Assembly: GCA_964544275.1 (NCBI GenBank) | Contig: CAZIZX010000001.1 | Location: forward strand, 1 to 45,642 | Reading direction: 5' to 3' | Length of the DNA stretch: 45,642 nucleotides | DNA from: an uncultured Gammaproteobacteria bacterium | Lineage (GTDB): Bacteria > Patescibacteriota > Microgenomatia > UBA12405 | Shown here: positions 17,151 to 25,627 of the stretch, piece by piece | How positions within the stretch are numbered: the stretch's first letter is position 1 | Layout of the letters: every line of letters starts with the position of its first letter | The notes under the pieces: generated by a model | What the model saw: the letters and a program-made list of their open reading frames with translations, nothing else | Databases searched by the model: none | What the model was told of the DNA's origin: nothing | Position numbers and translations under genes: made by a program

Positions 17151-18827
17151 ATGATTAAAAGTATTAAACTGGCCGGTCCAGCGGGTATGGGAATCAAATC
17201 CAGCGGTCAGATTATAGCTCAAAGCCTTTTGGCTCACAGTTTAAATGTAATTGATTATAATGAATATCCGTCGTTAGTCAGAGGTGGTCACAATACTTAT
17301 CAATGTAGCTTTTCCCAGAATGAATTATTTTCGGTTTATCAAAAAGTTGACTATTTCTTTTCTATCAAACCCGGCCATTGGCAGCAACACCAAGACGAAT
17401 TTACTCCCAGGACTTTAGTTTTTTCTGATGAAAAAACAGTCAAACCAAAATCAGGCACGTTTCTTCCTTTACCGCTATCTGAATTAACTCAAAAAATCGG
17501 CAGTGCTCTAACTACCAACACCATTTGTTTGGGGGTCCTCGGTTATCTTTTAAACCTAAATAAGGACAACTTGCTTTTGCATATTGAAAACTCATACCCT
17601 AAATATAAAGACCCCAACCGGAATGCTTTCAACCTGGGTTATGAGTATGCCCAAAAAAATTATTCTCAGTTTAGAACAAGTAAACCGCTGTCTCTCAAAA
17701 ATAATTCAAAACCCATGTTTCACGATGGTAACGAATCGTTTGGTTGGGGATTTATCCAGGGTGGGGGAGACTTCTATGCTTCTTATCCCATGACTCCAGC
17801 TACTGGCACTCTCCATTTTTTGGCCGACAAACAAAAAGAATACAAAATTAAAGTTCTCCATCCCGAAGATGAAATCGCCGTGGCCAACATCGCTGCCGGC
17901 GCTTCACTTGCCGGTGCCAGATCAGCCGTTGGCACGTCTGGAGGCGGCTTTGCTTTGATGAACGAAGTAATTAGTTATTGTGGCGTTGCCGAAATTGGTC
18001 TGGTATTCTATCTCGTTTCCCGCCCTGGTCCGGCCACCGGCCTGCCCACTTGGACCTCTCAAGGAGATTTGCTCCATGCCGTCAATTCCGGTCACGGGGA
18101 ATTTCCCAAAGTTGTTCTGGCTCCCGGTGATTGGCAGGAATCATTTGAATTTGCCGCCCAAGCTCTTAACCTGGCCGATCTTCTCCAAGCCCCAATTATT
18201 GTTCTTAGTGATAAATATCTTGGCGAATCTTCCAGAAACACCCTCGATTTTTCAACTAAAAAAATTAAGATTGACCGCGGAAAAATTATAGCCAAGGTCA
18301 ATTCAAAGTACCAAAGATATGCTCTTACCAAGGATGGCATTTCACCTCGATCAATACCGGGAGTGGGGAATGGTGAATTTCTAAGCAACAGCTACGAACA
18401 TGACCAATCTGGTTATGCCACCGAAGACCCGATTCTGGCCGTCAAAATGGTTGAAAAAAGGTCCAAAAAATTAGACTTAACTCGTAAACTTTCACCCAAA
18501 GCCAATATCTTTGGCGACAACAAAGCCGAAAACTTAATTATTTCTTTGGGGTCGACCAAAGGTCCAATATTGGAATCACTCAAACTGTTTGATAATCCGA
18601 ATAAATTCGCTTTTCTTCAAATCCGAACTCTTTGGCCGATAAATTCTGATATTCAATATATAATTAACTCGTTCAAGACTAAAATAATAATCGAAAACAA
18701 TCATACTAGCCAGTTGACCGCTCTTCTTAAGTCTCAATTCGACTTTGATCCCGACATTAAGATCTTAAAATTTGACGGCCGACCATTTTACCCGGAGGAA
18801 ATCTATGAACGACTTAAATCAATATAA
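17151..18827 (+). CDS. korA: 2-oxoacid:ferredoxin oxidoreductase alpha subunit (gamma-alpha fusion)
   Basis: AGPAGMGIKSSG, YPSLVRGGHN, ASYPMTPAT, EDEIAV, GTSGGGFALM, SRPGPATGLPT. Confidence 0.93.
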   Translation: MIKSIKLAGPAGMGIKSSGQIIAQSLLAHSLNVIDYNEYPSLVRGGHNTYQCSFSQNELFSVYQKVDYFFSIKPGHWQQHQDEFTPRTLVFSDEKTVKPKSGTFLPLPLSELTQKIGSALTTNTICLGVLGYLLNLNKDNLLLHIENSYPKYKDPNRNAFNLGYEYAQKNYSQFRTSKPLSLKNNSKPMFHDGNESFGWGFIQGGGDFYASYPMTPATGTLHFLADKQKEYKIKVLHPEDEIAVANIAAGASLAGARSAVGTSGGGFALMNEVISYCGVAEIGLVFYLVSRPGPATGLPTWTSQGDLLHAVNSGHGEFPKVVLAPGDWQESFEFAAQALNLADLLQAPIIVLSDKYLGESSRNTLDFSTKKIKIDRGKIIAKVNSKYQRYALTKDGISPRSIPGVGNGEFLSNSYEHDQSGYATEDPILAVKMVEKRSKKLDLTRKLSPKANIFGDNKAENLIISLGSTKGPILESLKLFDNPNKFAFLQIRTLWPINSDIQYIINSFKTKIIIENNHTSQLTALLKSQFDFDPDIKILKFDGRPFYPEEIYERLKSI

Positions 18828-19431
18828 TACCGGTATTATTCCTACCTGGTGCTCCGGTTGCGGCAATTACCTAATATATGCTGGCATTCGGTCCGCTTTA
18901 GCAAAACACAATATCCCCTCAAAAAATCTTTTTGTCACTTATGATATCGGTTGTGCCGGCAATATGGCTGATTTTCTCAAATCTTATGGTTCCCACACTC
19001 TCCACGGACGGGCTGTTCCTGTGGCTATGGGCGCCAAGATTCACAACCCCAAACTTACCGTTTGTGTTATCGGTGGTGACGGTGGTCTCTATGGTGAAGG
19101 ATTAAACCATTTAATCTCCGCCGCCCGTCTCGATATTGACATCAAATTATTTGTCTCCAATAACTTTCTATACAGTTTGACTACCGGTCAAGCCAGCCCC
19201 ACCACCCCCAAAGGCGCTTCTACCAAATCTACTCCACTTGGAGTTGAAAATGAACCTCTCGATGCTATCAAGCTGTTGGAATCAGTTAATCACAACTTAT
19301 ACTTAAAACGCGTTGATGGTAAAGATCCGATAGCTTTAAACCAGGCTATTTTTGAGTCTTTTAGCCATATCGGATTCTCCTTGGTAGAAATAGTTCAGGA
19401 GTGTGTTGCTTTTGGTAAACAACTCAAATAA
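18805..19431 (+). CDS. korB: 2-oxoacid:ferredoxin oxidoreductase beta subunit (short form, TPP-binding)
   Basis: WCSGCGN, DIGC, HTLHGRA, GGDGG..GEG.NH, YSLTTGQASPTT; ATG 18805 with GGAGG SD overlaps the korA end. Confidence 0.92.
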   Translation: MNDLNQYNTGIIPTWCSGCGNYLIYAGIRSALAKHNIPSKNLFVTYDIGCAGNMADFLKSYGSHTLHGRAVPVAMGAKIHNPKLTVCVIGGDGGLYGEGLNHLISAARLDIDIKLFVSNNFLYSLTTGQASPTTPKGASTKSTPLGVENEPLDAIKLLESVNHNLYLKRVDGKDPIALNQAIFESFSHIGFSLVEIVQECVAFGKQLK

Positions 19432-19510
19432 TCCCATTCGCATTCAAACTATATCAATTTCCTAAAAAAGTGTTAAAATACATACACTATTTAAGAAATT
19501 GACGAAATAA

Positions 19511-20725
19511 ATGTTTACACTCAAAAACCTTTTTTTCCTCCCCGCCATAATTTTTCTATCCTCTTTTCTTCTATCAGCTCACCCGCAGGCTCAATCAGGT
19601 AATTCCGGTCAATGTCAAAATGGGGAAGTCAAAAAAATTGAAAACCCTCCCTTTAACGCTCACACCTCCTGCCTTATTACCAGACTTGGAATAAAAGCCG
19701 GAAGTCAGGCTAGTGGTCATGGTTGTACTTACTATTCGTCAAATACTAATGACGGCTGTTACAAAGTTGAAGGTATCGGCACCAATCAGGCCTCCGCCAG
19801 TCGTGTTGGACACGGTAAATTTTGCCCAGAAATTTCTCATATTAAAGTTTATTGTGACCCGATCAACACTCCCACCCCAACCGTCACCCCAACACCCACC
19901 ACTAAACCTGCCAAACCTCCCACCCCCACTAAAAAACCTCATCCAACTAAAATTCCCAAACCCACTCACACCCCTAAACCCACCAAACCCCCCTGCGCCA
20001 CACCAACTCAGATCTCCACTCCAACCAGTACTCCCACTTCGGTTCCGACTCCCACCTCCACTCAGATACCAACAGTAACCCCCACCCCAACCAATCCACC
20101 AGCTCCTACTTCTACCCCCACCCCCCAGCCTCACTCTGATCCCACCGCCACTCCTACACCTCTACCCACATCTAGCCCCGCACCGGTTGGTGGCTACAAC
20201 CCCACCGTTGTTCAAGTTTTGGGTTCTACCGACAACTACAATCCTTTAATCGACGCCATCAAGAAATCACTTATTGGCCAGGTTTTAGGTGAAAATAATT
20301 TAGCTGGCACCAGTGATCCAAAAGCTTCAAACGAAAAATTACCTTCTTCCAATCTTCTGACCCCAAAAACGATAACAATTCCTCAGATTAATTTTTCTCA
20401 ACCCATATATCAATCAGATCGAATTGGCGACGAATTACTCGTTGGCCACAATGAAGTTTTAGAAGCGGATTTAAATGGACTAAAACTTATTTATGGTCAC
20501 AATAGCCCTCAAGTTTTTGCCAACCTCTATCAGCTAAATTTAGGCCAAAGTATAACCATAGATACAGGAGATCTGACCAGCGAATACCAGATTGTCTCCA
20601 AACACTTTGTTCATGAGTCCAAAAGTAACTTTTTCGAATCTGTTAGTTCCGACAATATCGTTTTGATGACCTGTTCTTATACTCAACCTGATTACCGACA
20701 CATAATAATTGCCAGCAAAATCTAA
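19511..20725 (+). CDS. sortase-domain protein with signal peptide, Cys-rich N-domain and Pro/Thr stalk
   Basis: C-terminal IYGHN..VFANLYQLNLGQSI...YQIV...IVLMTC....YRHII: His/Cys/Arg sortase triad in canonical order. Confidence 0.8.
   Translation: MFTLKNLFFLPAIIFLSSFLLSAHPQAQSGNSGQCQNGEVKKIENPPFNAHTSCLITRLGIKAGSQASGHGCTYYSSNTNDGCYKVEGIGTNQASASRVGHGKFCPEISHIKVYCDPINTPTPTVTPTPTTKPAKPPTPTKKPHPTKIPKPTHTPKPTKPPCATPTQISTPTSTPTSVPTPTSTQIPTVTPTPTNPPAPTSTPTPQPHSDPTATPTPLPTSSPAPVGGYNPTVVQVLGSTDNYNPLIDAIKKSLIGQVLGENNLAGTSDPKASNEKLPSSNLLTPKTITIPQINFSQPIYQSDRIGDELLVGHNEVLEADLNGLKLIYGHNSPQVFANLYQLNLGQSITIDTGDLTSEYQIVSKHFVHESKSNFFESVSSDNIVLMTCSYTQPDYRHIIIASKI
19860..20200 (+). repeat. Pro/Thr-rich low-complexity linker (TPTPT-type repeats)
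   Basis: Translated PINTPTPTVTPTPTTKPAKPPTPTKKP...TPTPLPTSSP; boundaries approximate. Confidence 0.85.
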
Positions 20726-21262
20726 ATGACCAACAAATTTAAAATCATAATTACTATCATTCTGCTAATCTTGGTGGCTTTTTCCATTAGAAATATTATT
20801 TCCGATAATAGCACTGCTCCGGTGATTGAAACTGAAATCGAAGAATCAGGTCTTCCCAATGGTTGGTCTTACTCTTCAGATACTGATGGGGTCGAAATCA
20901 AACTGGAGAAACAATCCGACCAGACAGTTAAACCGGGAATTGTTTTAATCAAGTCTGATTTACCCCAAAATATCACCCCAAAAAATTATGTCGATAAACT
21001 AATTAACGGTGCCAAAGCCACCCTAACCAGTTTTCGGGTTGCTCAAAATATTGAAACGGACGGTTTTGGTTATTATCTCCGTTCTCTCCAGGGAAACTAT
21101 TTGATCAGCCAGCAACAAATCAATCTTTTACAAAGAATTTATGTTATTGACGGCCAGGTGTTCACCCTCAATGCTTCTTATTTGCCTTCGGAAACCAACA
21201 TTGAGACCGAAATTGAACAAATATTTGATTCATTAATTGAACCGGAAATTAGTTCCAGTTAA
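20726..21262 (+). CDS. membrane-anchored PsbP/DcrB-like extracellular protein
   Basis: N-terminal TM; LPNGWS...; QRIYVIDGQVFTLNAS...EIEQIFDSL. Confidence 0.55.
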   Translation: MTNKFKIIITIILLILVAFSIRNIISDNSTAPVIETEIEESGLPNGWSYSSDTDGVEIKLEKQSDQTVKPGIVLIKSDLPQNITPKNYVDKLINGAKATLTSFRVAQNIETDGFGYYLRSLQGNYLISQQQINLLQRIYVIDGQVFTLNASYLPSETNIETEIEQIFDSLIEPEISSS

Positions 21263-21821
21263 CTAATTGCCACCATTTTTCTACAAATTCCGGCCTCCGG
21301 TTCTTGTAGTCAACATAATAAGCGTGTTCCCATACGTCCAACACCAAGATTGGTTTCCAGCCATTGATTCCCAGTAAATTATGTTTCTCCACCTGACCAA
21401 TCAGCAAATCGTTTTCAGAATTTTCCCACAAAACCACCCAACCCGAACCTTCAACCGCAATTGCCGCCTGAGTAAACTCCTTTTTGAAGGCATCGAAAGA
21501 ACCAAAATTCTTTTCGATATTTTCTCTCATCTCCCCTTCGGCTTCGTTGTTTTCCCGAGCCGGCCTCATACTTCGCCAGAAAATATCATGCAATATTACT
21601 CCATTCAAATTAAAACTCAAGTCTTTCAGCACCCCTTTTAAATCTATCCCGCCCTCTCCACTTCTTAATTTTTCCACTTTTTCCAAAGCCTCATTAGTTT
21701 TGCCAACATACGCCGCATGGTGTAAATCATGATGGATTTTAAGCTGCTCTTCGGAAATTATCGGTTCCAAATCCTTGTAATCATAGGGCAGGGGAGATAA
21801 AGTATATCTTTTGTTCTGCAT
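21249..21821 (-). CDS. sod: Fe/Mn superoxide dismutase
   Basis: LPYDYKDLEP, IHHDLHHAAYV, LHDIFW, EGSGW, LDVWEHAYY. Confidence 0.96.
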   Translation of the reverse strand: MQNKRYTLSPLPYDYKDLEPIISEEQLKIHHDLHHAAYVGKTNEALEKVEKLRSGEGGIDLKGVLKDLSFNLNGVILHDIFWRSMRPARENNEAEGEMRENIEKNFGSFDAFKKEFTQAAIAVEGSGWVVLWENSENDLLIGQVEKHNLLGINGWKPILVLDVWEHAYYVDYKNRRPEFVEKWWQLVNWN

Positions 21822-21929
21822 ATTATAATTAAACTATTAATTTAGTTAATCATACCGAAGCTAAGTAAGAATCCTGTATGAAAAACGACAATATCAAAAA
21901 TTCATCCACTCTAAGGGTATAATACATCT

Positions 21930-22688
21930 GTGGTTATCATCAAAAACGGAAAACAAATTCAAGGTATCAGAAAATCCTGCCGCCTGGCCGCTGCTACTCT
22001 TCAATATCTGTCGGATTTCGTCAAACCGGGAATTAGCACTCTCGAAATTAACGACCTGGCCCACCAATACATAACTCAACATAATGCCACCCCGGCAGCC
22101 CTGGGCTATGGTGGATTTCCTCGCAGTATCTGCACCTCCATCAACAATGTCGTTTGTCATGGTATCCCTTCAGAACGCGAGATTCTCCAAGAAGGCGACA
22201 TTGTCAATATTGACATTACTACCATTCTTGACGGATATTATGGCGATATTTCCAAAAGTTTCAGTGTCGGTCGAATATCCAACGATGCCAGACTACTTTT
22301 GGAAAGGACCCAAAAATCTCTCGACCTTTCCATCGCCTGTTTGAAGCCCCAAAAATGGTTAAATGACTGTGTTGGTCAAGTAATTCAGAATTATGTGGAA
22401 CAGTTTGGTTACAGTGTCGTTCGTGAGCTGGGTGGGCACGGTGTTGGCTTGCAATTTCACGAAGACCCTTTTGTTTTTCATTTCATCACCAGTCAGGACA
22501 ATGTTAGATTAAAGTCGGGCATGATTTTCACCATCGAACCCATGATAAACGCTTCACCTGATTATTCCGTTACTATTGACAAACTGGACGGTTGGACCGT
22601 TCGTACCCGAAACGGCGCTCTCTCAGCTCAATTCGAACACACCGTCCTCATTACTCCAAAAGGGCATGAAATCTTAACCAGGATATAA
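21930..22688 (+). CDS. map: type I methionine aminopeptidase (GTG start)
   Basis: FPRSICTSINNVVCHGIP, DIVNIDIT, GDIS, GGHGVG, FTIEPMIN, AQFEHT. Confidence 0.97.
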   Translation: MVIIKNGKQIQGIRKSCRLAAATLQYLSDFVKPGISTLEINDLAHQYITQHNATPAALGYGGFPRSICTSINNVVCHGIPSEREILQEGDIVNIDITTILDGYYGDISKSFSVGRISNDARLLLERTQKSLDLSIACLKPQKWLNDCVGQVIQNYVEQFGYSVVRELGGHGVGLQFHEDPFVFHFITSQDNVRLKSGMIFTIEPMINASPDYSVTIDKLDGWTVRTRNGALSAQFEHTVLITPKGHEILTRI

Positions 22689-22694
22689 TCAACT

Positions 22695-23537
22695 ATGATA
22701 ATTCTCGACGGCAAAGCCGTTTCCCAAAAAATATTGACTGATCTGAAAAATCAAATTGCCCGGTCCCGTCAAAAACCCAGACTTGATATTGTTTTAGTCG
22801 GCGATGATCCCGCCAGCCTTCAATACACTCAAATGAAACAAAAGCGGGCCTCTGAAGTTGGCATCGAAGTTCAAGTCCATCAGTTCCCGTCGAATTCCCC
22901 GGAAGAAAAAATAATATTTTTAATAAATCACCTCAACCAAGACATCGCTGTCACCGGCATCATGGTTCAGTTGCCTCTGCCACCACCAGTTAATACTCAA
23001 TTAGTTCTCAACTCAATCGACCCTCACAAAGACGCCGACGGCCTGACCTCAACCAGTTTAGGTCAACTTTTTCAAAGGCACCCGAATGTTCTAGCCCCGG
23101 CCACAGCCGCTGGCGTCATGTCTCTTTTGGAAAATTTTAAAGTCGATCTTGTCGGAAAAAATGTGGTAATAATTGGCCGCAGCGTCGAAGTTGGTTTGCC
23201 CTTGCTTGCTCTCATGATAGCCGCCAACGCCACCGTTACCGTTTGCCACTCCCATACCCAAAATTTGACCACACTTTGTTCCCAGGCTGACATTTTAATA
23301 TCGGCCGTTGGTCAACCCAGTTTTATTTCCTCGGATTTTGTAAAAAAGAACGCTGTTGTTGTCGATGTTGGTCTCTCACCCCACCCTCAAACCGGGAAAC
23401 TCGTTGGAGACGTTGACTTTGAATCCGTCAAACAAAAAGTTAGTTATCTTACCCCGGTTCCCGGCGGAGTCGGACCCATGACCATAGCCGCTCTTCTGAC
23501 CAATACCTGGAAAATATTTCAACAAAATCAAAGCTAA
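22695..23537 (+). CDS. folD: bifunctional methylene-THF dehydrogenase/cyclohydrolase
   Basis: ILDGK, GIMVQLPLP, KDADGL, IGRSVEVGLP, VTVCHS, TPVPGGVGPMTIA. Confidence 0.97.
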   Translation: MIILDGKAVSQKILTDLKNQIARSRQKPRLDIVLVGDDPASLQYTQMKQKRASEVGIEVQVHQFPSNSPEEKIIFLINHLNQDIAVTGIMVQLPLPPPVNTQLVLNSIDPHKDADGLTSTSLGQLFQRHPNVLAPATAAGVMSLLENFKVDLVGKNVVIIGRSVEVGLPLLALMIAANATVTVCHSHTQNLTTLCSQADILISAVGQPSFISSDFVKKNAVVVDVGLSPHPQTGKLVGDVDFESVKQKVSYLTPVPGGVGPMTIAALLTNTWKIFQQNQS

Positions 23538-23625
23538 GACCCAGAAAAACAACACCAAAAATATCATAGCACATCTTCAAACTGTAGTCTTTTATTGCCC
23601 CAAACCCTTTGCTATCGTAGTAGAA

Positions 23626-23880
23626 ATGATTGAAAACAAATTCCTGATTCCGGTTACTCCCCAAGAACTTGAAGCCTGGACAAAATTCGAAGCAGCTTTA
23701 TCCGACCCGATTGCTCATGAGTCCCGTTACCGGGGTGTAGTTGGTGAAGCCAATTATATTCCCAATCCCAGGCTCAGGCTCGATTACCAAAACCAGAATG
23801 TTGTACAATTAATCAATGCGCCTCCAACTCTACGACCGCGGCAGCCCGCAAGGCAAAAAGTTGCTCAACCAGTTGGATGA
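23626..23880 (+). CDS. hypothetical protein
   Basis: Fills the gap after folD; overlaps the next ORF by 65 nt; no family recognised. Confidence 0.4.
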   Translation: MIENKFLIPVTPQELEAWTKFEAALSDPIAHESRYRGVVGEANYIPNPRLRLDYQNQNVVQLINAPPTLRPRQPARQKVAQPVG

Positions 23881-24055
23881 ATTATGCCAGCGCCTCCAGC
23901 TTGATTGTGCCCCCGAACCGGTTACCGACATGAGTCGCGTTTACTCTATGGGTGTTCAGGGCAAAACCATCTTGGTAATTAATAGCGAGGTGGTTTTGGT
24001 CGACCGCTTCCCCAGTCTAAAAGAACTTGAAGATATTTTAAACGACTATCGCTAA
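23816..24055 (+). CDS. small thioredoxin-fold protein (Thioredoxin_3/MTH895-like) lacking CxxC
   Basis: Aligns by eye to M.I.V.G.GCP.C..L......VTD...I...GV..TP.LVI..EV....R.PS..E..E.L, with GSPQG at the CxxC site. Confidence 0.6.
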   Translation: MRLQLYDRGSPQGKKLLNQLDELCQRLQLDCAPEPVTDMSRVYSMGVQGKTILVINSEVVLVDRFPSLKELEDILNDYR

Positions 24056-24843
24056 ATCAAGAATAGTTTTTTTGCGTTTTCATCGATAATCTTTTCTGTT
24101 GACTCGAAACTAATACCCCAAATTTCCGCAATTTTCCCGTAAACATATTCCACATATTCGGGTCTGTTCACCTCACCTCGATGCGGCTCCGGCGTCAAAA
24201 AGGGCGAGTCGGTTTCCAAAACCAATTTTCCCCGCGGAATCTCTCCTGCCACTAACTCCAGTCCTTCTTCATAAGTCACGTTTCCGTCAATCCCAAAGTA
24301 CCAATCGTCTCCCAAACTTAAAACCTTATTTATTCTTTTCTTTCCACCCGTGTAGCAATGAAACACACCCCTTAAGTTTTTGTATTCACCCAGTATTTCA
24401 ATCACTTCATCAATCGCTTTCCTGGCATGAATTATCAGGGGTAATTCATATCTTTTTGCCAACTCAATCTGCCCTCTAAAAAGCTCAACTTGCTCATCTC
24501 TGTTTCTTTCCTTCTCTCCCGTAGGGGCAGGGGAGTAGTCCAAGCCGCATTCGCCCACCGCCTTTATCAACCCTTTATCAGTATTTACCATACTTTCCAA
24601 CAAAATTATTTGTTCGTTTACATTCAAATTGATGTTTGGAGCTGTGTTTTGAGGATGGATTCCAACACTGGCCCAAAGTAGCTCTTTATTTACTCTGGCG
24701 ATTTTTATATTTTCTTTGGATTCTTCTACATTGCTGGCCGCCAATAGCACCGCTTTTAGTTCACTTTTTCTAATACCCTCAATTACCTCCTCTATCGAGA
24801 CGTCGCAAAATCTATCATTTATATGAGCATGGGTATCAATCAT
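24052..24843 (-). CDS. tatD: TatD family hydrolase
   Basis: IDTHAH, SVGIHP, AVGECGLDY, LPLIIHAR, GVFHC, VLETDSPFL. Confidence 0.96.
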   Translation of the reverse strand: MIDTHAHINDRFCDVSIEEVIEGIRKSELKAVLLAASNVEESKENIKIARVNKELLWASVGIHPQNTAPNINLNVNEQIILLESMVNTDKGLIKAVGECGLDYSPAPTGEKERNRDEQVELFRGQIELAKRYELPLIIHARKAIDEVIEILGEYKNLRGVFHCYTGGKKRINKVLSLGDDWYFGIDGNVTYEEGLELVAGEIPRGKLVLETDSPFLTPEPHRGEVNRPEYVEYVYGKIAEIWGISFESTEKIIDENAKKLFLI

Positions 24844-24862
24844 ATTTTTGCTATATTAACAT

Positions 24863-25627
24863 ATGGAAATATTAAATATACCCCAACAACGGTCTCCTCG
24901 CAAAAGTCAAAATTTAATCATTTTTGCTTTTATAACACTTTTTGTAATGCTAATCGGTTTTGCATACCTATTTTGGCAGCAATCATCTTCGATGTCTCAA
25001 TTAAGGTCAGAAATAGAATCACAGGAACAAAAAATTAGTCAGCTTCTACAAGAATCTAGCCCACCGGTCAATGAAACCACCCCGAAAGCTCCAGACGATA
25101 GAATCTTGCTAACTCCGGAAACTATGGAGCAGTATTGGACCAGTGAAAACGGCTGCCGGGAAAGATTTAACTATGACAAACCCAACACCTATATCACATA
25201 CCAAAGCGAATCGAGAGGTCTTTCGGTTGAAATTCCATATAATTTAAGTTGGGGAAATGAGACTTACCGTATTAATCCCTATGATGAAGTCCTCGATGGA
25301 ATCAAATTTGGCAACATTGGTCCCCTGGAAGCTTGTTCCTGGGTTAGAACAGATTTAATCTCGTTTAAGCCGGCCTTGACAGTCGCCGAAACCTTGGCAG
25401 AATTAAGTTCTAAGACCCTGTTTATAACCGATATTGAAAAAGTTGTTTTGACAAATGGGCTAACCGGGTTCAAATATTTTGAATCTGGATTGGTTGAGGA
25501 TACGGTAATCGAAGTAATCGGTAAAAAATTCAACTACAAAATTTCCATATGGCCCAAAACCATTAGCCAGGAGGAAGGGTTTGCCCTGGCAGAAAAAATT
25601 GCCAATAGTATTAAATTACTGGATTAA
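24863..25627 (+). CDS. membrane-anchored extracellular protein, PsbP-like C-terminal domain
   Basis: N-terminal TM + coiled coil; GLSVEIPYNLSW; ends EKIANSIKLLD. Confidence 0.5.
   Translation: MEILNIPQQRSPRKSQNLIIFAFITLFVMLIGFAYLFWQQSSSMSQLRSEIESQEQKISQLLQESSPPVNETTPKAPDDRILLTPETMEQYWTSENGCRERFNYDKPNTYITYQSESRGLSVEIPYNLSWGNETYRINPYDEVLDGIKFGNIGPLEACSWVRTDLISFKPALTVAETLAELSSKTLFITDIEKVVLTNGLTGFKYFESGLVEDTVIEVIGKKFNYKISIWPKTISQEEGFALAEKIANSIKLLD

Noticed and set aside
19713-20134. Gly-rich and Pro-rich alternative ORFs (also 32689-33079, 31595-31846)
   Set aside because: Shadow frames and antisense of the Pro/Thr repeat coding DNA.
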